A stretch of DNA of 64,000 bases from a virus: positions 26,275 to 90,274 of IMG/VR virus record IMGVR_UViG_3300007538_000022. One strand, 5' to 3'. This document shows, one piece after another, positions 56,588 to 64,000 of this stretch (position 1 is the first letter of the stretch; the number at the start of each line of letters is the position of its first letter). Below the pieces are notes generated by a model. The model saw only the letters and a list, made by a program, of their open reading frames with translations, did not search any database and was not told the origin of the DNA. The translations under genes and the position numbers were made by a program.

Positions 56588-58228
56588 TTATTCTTGTGAA
56601 AAATTATTTATTATACGTAATTTGTCGGTTTCTGTCAAGTTTTTTGCTAACACATAACCTCTATTTTCAGTATAAACTTTATGCTCTGGTGTACATATAA
56701 TGGATTTACCGGACGTTGAGTCTGTAATTTTCATTACCTTAGCAGAAGTGTTAGTTAACGCACTGTTAGAAATCCGTTTGTATTCAGACTTTTGAGTGTA
56801 TTCGTTAAACGATAGTACATCAATAGTTTCGCCATTATGAAAATGTGTATTAGCTTGTTCTAATGTAATAGCTTGTTCGGTATTATTTACAATAGCATGG
56901 ATAATAGTATCACCGGACAAACACAAGTTACTCATATAAACAGTATCTAAAAATGAACTATGATTATTACAATGATCGGTAAACATTATATACAATCTGC
57001 CAGTTTCAGTTTTTTCTTTAATTAAAGTAGAAAACAGTTCAACAGCAGGAACTACTGATTGTTTAATATTTGAATTTTTTTCATATGCAGAATATAATTT
57101 AGAAAATACATCAGGGTCTCCAAAATACGCTTCGTATAAATCTGGAACGTCATGAGGGGAAAATAAAGTAATATTTCCATTACTGAGAAATCTCTCAATC
57201 ATAGTTTTATTAATTTGAATAGAATAATCTAATTTTCTAACTCGATTATCTTCAGTACCTTTGTTGTTTTTCAAAACTAATATATCTTTAATTTCTTGAT
57301 GCCAAATTGGAAAATGAACAGTTGCACTTCCACCTCTAACACCGTTTTGTGTACAGCATTTAACAGTAGATTCAAATTTCTTTAAAAATGGAATAACGCC
57401 AGTATGTGCAACTTCTCCTCCTCTAACTTTAGAGTTTACTCCTCTAATTCTTCCAGAATTAATACCTATACCTGCACGTAAAGCAGTATACCGACCAATA
57501 GCCATATCACTTGAAAAAATGCTGTTTAACGTATCGTCGCTATCAACTAGCACACAACTAGCATACTGCCGTACAGGAGTCCTAACGCCTGCATTTACAG
57601 GGGTTGGAATATTAATATGAAATAATGATAGTCCGTCGTAATATTTTTTAATATAATGCATACGAGATGCTTTATCGTATTGAGAAAACATAGTAGCAGC
57701 AATCATAATGTACATTATTTGAGGAGTCTCAAAAATTTGTCCAGTTGATCTGTCTTGAACTAAATATTTGTCAACAATTTGTCTTAACCCTGCATATGTA
57801 AAGTTTTCATCGCGATTATAATGGATCATTGATTCTAATTTTTCTATGTCTTCTTTAGAAAACATATCTAAAAATGATTTATCATACACTCCTCGATTAA
57901 CATTAGAAACAATAATATCATACAAAGGAACCGGTCGATATTGTCCGTACACCTGTTTGTTTAAATTATAACTCATTAAACGAGCAGCAGCATATTGATA
58001 ATTAGGAGATTCTAATGATATTAAATCACTAGCAGACCTAATAAGGATTTTTTGTATTTCATGGGTACTCATTTTGTTATAAAATTGTAAATTTGCATTC
58101 ATTTCAATTTGACTAGCACTTACTCCTGCAAGATTTGCACATGCCTCCTCTACTACAAAATGAATCTTTTCAATGTTTAATGGTTCTTCGACCCCATCGC
58201 GTTTAACGATCATAATCTGTTCTGACAT
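56588..58228 (-). CDS. nrdA: NrdA fragment 1: ATP cone, N-terminal extein (435 aa) and split-intein-1 IntN (111 aa)
   Basis: IVKRDG ATP cone, ETPQ, PTPV, ASCVL, QNGVRGG, SNL|CLSGDT...CTPEHK. Confidence 0.96.
   Translation of the reverse strand: MSEQIMIVKRDGVEEPLNIEKIHFVVEEACANLAGVSASQIEMNANLQFYNKMSTHEIQKILIRSASDLISLESPNYQYAAARLMSYNLNKQVYGQYRPVPLYDIIVSNVNRGVYDKSFLDMFSKEDIEKLESMIHYNRDENFTYAGLRQIVDKYLVQDRSTGQIFETPQIMYIMIAATMFSQYDKASRMHYIKKYYDGLSLFHINIPTPVNAGVRTPVRQYASCVLVDSDDTLNSIFSSDMAIGRYTALRAGIGINSGRIRGVNSKVRGGEVAHTGVIPFLKKFESTVKCCTQNGVRGGSATVHFPIWHQEIKDILVLKNNKGTEDNRVRKLDYSIQINKTMIERFLSNGNITLFSPHDVPDLYEAYFGDPDVFSKLYSAYEKNSNIKQSVVPAVELFSTLIKEKTETGRLYIMFTDHCNNHSSFLDTVYMSNLCLSGDTIIHAIVNNTEQAITLEQANTHFHNGETIDVLSFNEYTQKSEYKRISNSALTNTSAKVMKITDSTSGKSIICTPEHKVYTENRGYVLAKNLTETDKLRIINNFSQE
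56591..56923 (-). mobile_element. Split intein 1, N-fragment
   Basis: Block A CLSGDTII; block B IICTPEHKVYTENRGYV. Confidence 0.95.
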
Positions 58229-58273
58229 AATAATTCCTTGTTGAAAAATATTTTAAATATTTAGTGTTTAAAT

Positions 58274-58705
58274 TTAATGATTTATTTTAGTCGACAAGTT
58301 AAACGACTCAGAAACTGACAATGTATTTGGCAATTCTGATACATGTATTGCTTGGTCATTTTCGAACCCTACAACACAATCGTTTATAAAAAGCAAATAA
58401 AAATATTTTGAAGTTGAATGATCATTCATAAACTTTAATGAAAAGACACATTCTTTAAATCGATTAAGTAATGATAATGAGTAATAGATTGCTAATATTT
58501 TGGTAAATTCACAATATGAATTGTAATCTAATAGTTCCCACGCAGATGGCCATGACGATTGATCATATGGGTCAGTTTGCAGTTGACTAAGTGGCGCAGC
58601 ATTGTAAAAGTTAATTGCATCGCGTATTGGATCAGAAGATGTTTCTAATTCCAGTCTAAAATTTCTCCAAATTAATATTCGATCTTCATAAGTAGAATTG
58701 AACAT
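58274..58705 (-). CDS. Hypothetical protein
   Basis: W..FR...DPY..SWPSAWELL...YC. Confidence 0.7.
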   Translation of the reverse strand: MFNSTYEDRILIWRNFRLELETSSDPIRDAINFYNAAPLSQLQTDPYDQSSWPSAWELLDYNSYCEFTKILAIYYSLSLLNRFKECVFSLKFMNDHSTSKYFYLLFINDCVVGFENDQAIHVSELPNTLSVSESFNLSTKINH

Positions 58706-58736
58706 TTTTATCCTAAAAGTGTATTATATAGTTTAA

Positions 58737-60356
58737 TTAAGATTTAATAGTAACTTTATAATGAAACATTGCATTGTCACTATTTGTTAAGTTTATAATC
58801 ATTATAGCAATAGTATCAACAATTAAATTAGTATTTTCGTCAAAATGTTGTGGAAATAATGTTAAATTTTCAGAATATATTGAATCTCCGGTAAAGTCAT
58901 ATTCTTCACTTGCACTCCAAGTATTATTGTATGGATCAGATACTAGTGTTATAACTCCAGAACGATATGCATTAACTACACTACTTTTATAAAAATAATC
59001 AATTACATACCCTGTAACATTATTAGCAGGGAGTCTAAACAACTTAACAGGCTCAGTATATTCATTAATTGATATTACGTGAGTTTGATTTAACTCAGTA
59101 ATCGCAGGAGCATCGATTTCTGTTATATAGGGAATATGTAGCAAATATGAAGGGTTATATCCGAGGTCGCTTGATCTTGAAAACCAATCGTTACTGCTGG
59201 TATTACTTTCTCTTAAAAATGATAATACTGGATATAATGCGTTAGAAGAAGAACCGCCATCGTTGCCAATAGAAAAGAATTTGTTAAACGAACTAAAGTT
59301 ATTCCGACCTTCAGTAATTTTTATGGCATTTGTTCGAATACGATCAAATGTACTGTTAGAAATACTATTTGTAGAAGGGCCGAACTGCATTCCACTAGCA
59401 CCTAATGTAATGTTTTCACCAAACATTACCCCGCAATCTAATGTATCAAATACGCAGTAATCCCAATTGTTATTATCAATATCGTGATCTGAATATATTC
59501 CAGAATAATAGTTATTAATAACTATTGATTTGAAATAGTTATAAGAACACGTTACAGAAGAACTAAAACTTTCTAATATAATTGCCGGAGCCTGCGGACT
59601 ACTTTGATTATCAAAATCCCAAACACCTTGCACTTTTATGTTTTCAAAATAGCTATGTCTACAACTATCTAAATGTAATGCAGTGCTCCCAACAGTTTTA
59701 ATTGTAAAGTTTGATAATAGTATATTTTGTGGTTGTGAAAGATATGATACAGGTTGCGATGGAACGTAAGAACCTATATCGCACGACTCGTCGATTGTTA
59801 CAAATGCTGGAAATGAATCATCGATAGTTTCAAAAATAGTTTTATCTATTCCAGCTCCAATTATAGTTGAATTTGGAGGAATAAATAAGGAATTTGATAA
59901 TTTATAAATACCTGCTTCTATGAATAGTTCAATTCGACTTTGAGTAGATCCTTTTGTTGCTGGATTTAAGAACAGTTGATCAATAGCCCTTTGCAGTTCT
60001 TCAGTCTCATCACCACCAATTCCTAATGCACCAAACGCACGAACACTAACACGATCGTCAAGCCTATCTTGCAACGATCTATAAATTGGAAAGTCAGTTG
60101 AAGACCCGGTTTGAATAAAACTGTTATTTTTCTTATATGCGTAGTTACTAACATAATCGAAAATGTTGTCATTCTCGCTTAACAGTCTAGTGTTTCCTAC
60201 ATACGGTGCTCCTTCTGATACTGCACCGTTACCAATATATAATTCTTGAGAGTCAATTGCCCATCCAAGTTCTCCGCTTGCTAATTGCGGTAAACCCTCG
60301 CCTTGATTTTTTCTCCCTCTTCGAACTTGTATTCTGCTTATAGATACAACTGCCAC
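58737..60356 (-). CDS. Tailspike-like structural protein (Mtd-like N-terminus plus pectin-lyase beta-helix)
   Basis: ISRIQVRRG...LASGELGW..D..ELYIG; VSVRAFGA.G.G.DET..LQRAID; G.Y...L.IP..STIIGAG. Confidence 0.75.
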   Translation of the reverse strand: MAVVSISRIQVRRGRKNQGEGLPQLASGELGWAIDSQELYIGNGAVSEGAPYVGNTRLLSENDNIFDYVSNYAYKKNNSFIQTGSSTDFPIYRSLQDRLDDRVSVRAFGALGIGGDETEELQRAIDQLFLNPATKGSTQSRIELFIEAGIYKLSNSLFIPPNSTIIGAGIDKTIFETIDDSFPAFVTIDESCDIGSYVPSQPVSYLSQPQNILLSNFTIKTVGSTALHLDSCRHSYFENIKVQGVWDFDNQSSPQAPAIILESFSSSVTCSYNYFKSIVINNYYSGIYSDHDIDNNNWDYCVFDTLDCGVMFGENITLGASGMQFGPSTNSISNSTFDRIRTNAIKITEGRNNFSSFNKFFSIGNDGGSSSNALYPVLSFLRESNTSSNDWFSRSSDLGYNPSYLLHIPYITEIDAPAITELNQTHVISINEYTEPVKLFRLPANNVTGYVIDYFYKSSVVNAYRSGVITLVSDPYNNTWSASEEYDFTGDSIYSENLTLFPQHFDENTNLIVDTIAIMIINLTNSDNAMFHYKVTIKS

Positions 60357-60457
60357 AGTATTTCTCCCAAAGTATATAGTATATATTTATCAGAATTATG
60401 TGATTTAAAACTACATTAACTTAATAATTGATATAGTTAATACTGTAGCAGATATGT

Positions 60458-60484
60458 AAAAATGCGAGATTAATCTCGCATTTT
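60458..60484. terminator. Bidirectional-type hairpin terminator
   Basis: AAAATGCGAGATTAATCTCGCATTTT perfect palindrome. Confidence 0.7.
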
Positions 60485-60486
60485 CA

Positions 60487-60801
60487 TTAGTTGGATAAAT
60501 CAGTTGCGTGTTTTGCCATTTGGGAAACAGTATTTTCCCCACTATTTTCTTGATCTTGAACAGCTAAATCAGTTTCATCGGGTGATTTTATAACAATAGC
60601 ATCTTTATTAAAATTAGATACTAATGATTGTATTTCAGGATCATGGTCATACATTGTTTTAAATAGCTCAGGAGTTAATGTTTCATCTGACAAATTTTTA
60701 AATAACTTATTTAATTTATTAAATGAAATATTTTTATAATTACTATCTCTCAAGTGTGTTATTAAAAATGTAAGAGCAGATGTGTCTATATCTTCAGTTA
60801 C
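60487..60801 (-). CDS. Hypothetical virion protein region, possibly expressed as a -1 frameshift extension of 60798-61538
   Basis: Frame is open back to the A9G run; no ATG or RBS in its 5' part, only an internal TTG at 60753. Confidence 0.55.
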   Translation of the reverse strand, partial: VTEDIDTSALTFLITHLRDSNYKNISFNKLNKLFKNLSDETLTPELFKTMYDHDPEIQSLVSNFNKDAIVIKSPDETDLAVQDQENSGENTVSQMAKHATDLSN

Positions 60802-61538
60802 TTTTTTTTTAACCGACGAGCATTATAATCGACTGATTCGCGTTTTTCACGACCGATAGGTTCAGCACCGCCTGCACTAGCCTCAGCTGATGCAAAATCG
60901 TCAGTTTCAATAGGTTCCATAGGAGCTTCCATGTTTGCTGGCTCTTCCATATTAGGTTCTTCTTCGGAACCTAGTGGAACAGGCATTTCACCTTCACCTG
61001 CTAATACTGAAACATTTTGATCTAATACTTTTCGAGTTTGTTCTAATGTATCATACATTTGTTCTAAAGCAGGTCTTACACTAGATACAAATTGTTCAGC
61101 AACTTGATCACCTAATTCATCTCTAATAGCATCAGCTAAATCAAGCATCGACTCAGTTCTCATTTCACCTGAATCTTCCATCCATCCAGTAACTCGATCA
61201 ACCATATCTTTTGCAGCCATGATAATTTCTGCACGTTGTTCTTCGCCTTCTGTTACTATGCGATTTTGTGCATGTTCGAGTTGAATATAGGTTCTTTCTT
61301 TTAATTCTGCATTTAACACATTTAAAAACAATACATTTTTCTGATGGGACAACGAATGTGTTGTATCATAGCTTTCTGTAGTCTGTGTTTGACTCATTTT
61401 AGTCCGTAGTTTATTTCGTACATCTTGTAATTCCTCTGTAGTAAACTTTGACAAGTTAATTTTCTGTCCAAACTGTTTAGCAAGAGAATTGTTTAATAAT
61501 TCCGCAGTTAACGGTTTTGAAAAATCTCTAATGTTCAT
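60798..61538 (-). CDS. Putative prohead core/scaffold-like protein
   Basis: Acidic helical protein with an IVTE putative protease site; late promoter at 61569. Confidence 0.5.
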   Translation of the reverse strand: MNIRDFSKPLTAELLNNSLAKQFGQKINLSKFTTEELQDVRNKLRTKMSQTQTTESYDTTHSLSHQKNVLFLNVLNAELKERTYIQLEHAQNRIVTEGEEQRAEIIMAAKDMVDRVTGWMEDSGEMRTESMLDLADAIRDELGDQVAEQFVSSVRPALEQMYDTLEQTRKVLDQNVSVLAGEGEMPVPLGSEEEPNMEEPANMEAPMEPIETDDFASAEASAGGAEPIGREKRESVDYNARRLKKK

Positions 61539-61571
61539 TTTTATTTCCTGTAAATACTGATATACATATAT

Positions 61572-61994
61572 TTATGCTATACCGAAAATTACCTTTTCTA
61601 GTTTTTTATTAATTTGAGCAGCTTTAGCATTTGATAACTCTAATCTAGTTTCAATTATACTAATAGTTTCAAAATCTGTAGAGTTTTTAAGAATGTTTTC
61701 ATAAAACAACGATTCGTTATGCAGTTTAATTAGTTCTTGATCATAGTTTAACAATGTTTTTGATATTTCTTTATTAAATGCGAGTTGCTTTGTAATAGCT
61801 AACGCTGTTGACTTAAAATAAGTACATGCTACGCAGATATTGCTACGGTTATAGATATAGAATTTGTTATCATTAGACACTATTGTAAAGTTTCTAATTT
61901 TAATACACCCATTTACTACAGATGGGATTGTAACATATTCGAGTTCTTCTGTGAGAAATTGGTCTAAATTTTCAGCAATACGGTCATTTAACAT
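61572..61994 (-). CDS. Hypothetical protein
   Basis: ORF in a late operon. Confidence 0.65.
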   Translation of the reverse strand: MLNDRIAENLDQFLTEELEYVTIPSVVNGCIKIRNFTIVSNDNKFYIYNRSNICVACTYFKSTALAITKQLAFNKEISKTLLNYDQELIKLHNESLFYENILKNSTDFETISIIETRLELSNAKAAQINKKLEKVIFGIA

Positions 61995-62190
61995 TTTTAA
62001 TTACCAGTTGGTTAGAATTTATAAAAACTTTTTTAACTAGATCTTTTTTAACTAAACTATTTAATATAATTTGGTCATGCTCTGAAAACGAACTAAAATC
62101 AGTAAGTTTATCCCCCATATTTTCGAGCATTTTAGATTCTTCATTTGTTGTAAAAATGAAAAAATTAGGGATTAATTCGTTTAATTTCAT
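61984..62190 (-). CDS. Small putative head protein (CTS-like start MKLNELI)
   Basis: Coupled ORF. Confidence 0.55.
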   Translation of the reverse strand: MKLNELIPNFFIFTTNEESKMLENMGDKLTDFSSFSEHDQIILNSLVKKDLVKKVFINSNQLVIKNVK

Positions 62191-62444
62191 TATGCTGTAG
62201 TAACCTTATCACCAGGTTTGATTATATTCTTAGGATCTTTATCGTCATCTCCAGATAACGGTTTAGTATTTAATGTAACTTCACCGGTATTCGGATCTTT
62301 AGTTAACGCATTAGGATCTTTTTTTAAATCTAGTTCAGTCTCGGTACCTGTTTTTTTGTCTTTTATAGTGGCTGTTTTTCCAGGTATAAGTTTGGTAATA
62401 GAACTTTGAGATGGTTGTTTTTGATATAGTTCTCTGATTTTCAT
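62190..62444 (-). CDS. Small putative head protein (CTS-like start MKIRELY)
   Basis: Coupled ORF. Confidence 0.55.
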   Translation of the reverse strand: MKIRELYQKQPSQSSITKLIPGKTATIKDKKTGTETELDLKKDPNALTKDPNTGEVTLNTKPLSGDDDKDPKNIIKPGDKVTTA

Positions 62445-62454
62445 ATGGGCTCTC

Positions 62455-62691
62455 TTAGCTGAATGATATTAGTATTACTATAACAGTTGAAAGCAATCCT
62501 GCGATAATTGTTCCAGTAGTACCTATTAATACTTTAGTCATTGACTTATTACTATTTAACATGTCTCTGTGAATTTCTTCTACTTTCGATTCAATTTTTG
62601 TAAGGCGAAAGTCTAAAATTTTATATCTTTGATGGCATAAATCAACATGTGCTTCAAGATTTGTTTTTTCAAGATCTGTTGGATTTGACAT
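62455..62691 (-). CDS. Coiled-coil protein with C-terminal TM segment
   Basis: LEAHVDLC..RY...hydrophobic C-terminus; late promoter at 62723. Confidence 0.65.
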   Translation of the reverse strand: MSNPTDLEKTNLEAHVDLCHQRYKILDFRLTKIESKVEEIHRDMLNSNKSMTKVLIGTTGTIIAGLLSTVIVILISFS

Positions 62692-62745
62692 AGTTATTAT
62701 TCCCTTAAATTAAATTTAAATGTATTTATCAGAATTATTAAGGTT

Positions 62746-63135
62746 TTAATAATTATCAAAGTGAATATTTGCCATCTTTTTATCTAAGGTATTGAATGAT
62801 GGAATTTTAATCGGAGCAGTTTCGTCTAATCCTAATATGATGGGTATTAAATTAAAATCAGATCGAAGCATTTCTACACTTAATGCATTTTCATGTTCGA
62901 TTTCAAAAATAAATGACCATATTTGATGCTGATCTTTATATGCTGATCCTAATTTGTAGTTTATTGGTTTATCTGTAAACTTAATAGGACTAACTGAATA
63001 AATTGGGTTAACACGTAATCCAATAGTTTGTAATACAGTTAAAAAGTTTTGTTGCTGATTTACAATGTAGTCAGCATCTCCTCTACGACCGTGTGTTTCG
63101 GTAATATCTATTAAAGTATATAGTTGGAATTTCAT
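62746..63135 (-). CDS. Hypothetical virion-module protein
   Basis: Likely start MKFQLYTLIDIT; QQQNF.T.LQ.IGLR. Confidence 0.65.
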   Translation of the reverse strand: MKFQLYTLIDITETHGRRGDADYIVNQQQNFLTVLQTIGLRVNPIYSVSPIKFTDKPINYKLGSAYKDQHQIWSFIFEIEHENALSVEMLRSDFNLIPIILGLDETAPIKIPSFNTLDKKMANIHFDNY

Positions 63136-63190
63136 TTTAATCTCATTTGTGTTATGTAATGTATTATATAAAATATTTAGTAACAGCATC

Positions 63191-63224
63191 AAAAAAAAAG
63201 GCTTACAAAAATGTAAGCCTTTTT
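63191..63224 (-). terminator. Intrinsic terminator
   Basis: AAAAAGGCTTACA/TGTAAGCCTTTTT stem plus T tract. Confidence 0.85.
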
Positions 63225-63261
63225 GTGGTGTAACACACCGTTCCTAAGGTAGTAGGAATCT

Positions 63262-63585
63262 TTATGCAGTAGCAGTAATACCTACCAGTGAAGTTGCTTC
63301 AACTACAACTGTATTATCTACACCTAATACTTGATCTGCACGAATTTTAACAATATCAGCATCCAGTGCATGACCGTCACCAATAATAATCATATCTTTA
63401 CCATTTGTGGTAAATTCAAATAAAGCACCTGTAGTGCCGAACTCACGAGCTAATGCTTCAGCAGTACCACCGATACCGGTAGTTAATGCAGCTGATACAG
63501 TAACTTTAAATACTTTTAATTGTAAAGTACTGTATAAAGTGTTTAATTCGTGACCAATGCCGTTTACTCTTTCAAAAGTTGCCAT
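63262..63585 (-). CDS. Small structural protein, probably highly expressed
   Basis: Own late promoter, AGGAG RBS and terminator; A/T/G/V-rich. Confidence 0.6.
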   Translation of the reverse strand: MATFERVNGIGHELNTLYSTLQLKVFKVTVSAALTTGIGGTAEALAREFGTTGALFEFTTNGKDMIIIGDGHALDADIVKIRADQVLGVDNTVVVEATSLVGITATA

Positions 63586-63672
63586 TGCTAATTCTCCTAT
63601 TCTTTAATAATGGCAAATTCGCTTTCTCTGCGAACTTGTATGTAAGTATTTATCTTTTTATGTTAATTTAAC

Positions 63673-63999
63673 CTAGATATATGATTTTGTAATATGATAA
63701 AGTTTTTTTCCTTTAGATTCAACAAGTGAAAATCTAACTCCTAAATTATTCCATGATATATGATATTCTGTTAACATATTTGAAATTGATCGATATGTAG
63801 AGTCAGAAATAAACTTATCTTTTTCTCTTGCAGAGGAAAGCCATTTACTTTTAACAGTAGATACATCCAAACCTTTTTTAGCTAGTCGTATTATTAAATC
63901 ACCGATATCTGATAATTGTTTGTTTTTTTCTTTCCCAAAAAGTGTATCAGCATGTTTTAACAGTTTATTGATGTATACAATTTTACTATGTGGTATTTT
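63673..63999 (-). CDS. Hypothetical protein, 5'-partial
   Basis: Frame stays open from the window end to the stop at 63673. Confidence 0.65.
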   Translation of the reverse strand, partial: KIPHSKIVYINKLLKHADTLFGKEKNKQLSDIGDLIIRLAKKGLDVSTVKSKWLSSAREKDKFISDSTYRSISNMLTEYHISWNNLGVRFSLVESKGKKLYHITKSYI

Positions 64000-64000
64000 C

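Noticed and set aside
54842-58228. nrdA as a pseudogene, sequencing frameshifts or stop-codon reassignment
   Set aside because: Two breaks fall at canonical IntN/IntC split points, pieces have their own ATG and SD-like sites, junctions are out of frame, all catalytic residues are intact, and other genes read normally in code 11

Overview
A 64-kb, AT-rich segment of a large T4-like (jumbo) myophage in the standard genetic code, with almost all genes on the minus strand. The host is probably a proteobacterium. From left to right: (1) a stand-alone DnaE fragment and a baseplate/tail-fibre module (0.9-16.5 kb). (2) A late-promoter array of diverse enzymes sharing a T4 CTS-like N-terminus, probably packaged and injected (17-24 kb, with outliers at 29.5 and 38.4 kb). 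(3) DNA and nucleotide metabolism genes (UvsE, QueD, topoisomerase II, ligase, ThyA). (4) A translation/proteostasis block: ClpP, IF-1, ClpS, Hsp20, GroES/EL, bS21 and a permuted two-piece tmRNA. Interleaved with it are a heme oxygenase + bilin reductase pair and a sigma70-driven, ORF-free structured RNA candidate of about 470 nt. (5) A PAAR module. (6) A class Ia ribonucleotide reductase. (7) Further virion/head genes, including a candidate -1 frameshift. The most striking system is the RNR alpha subunit, which is split into FOUR genes. It must be reassembled by two naturally split inteins of opposite charge polarity plus an intein-free basic/acidic tail junction lying between the radical cysteine and a redox cysteine. 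Protein-family calls come from motif recognition only; no database search was run.
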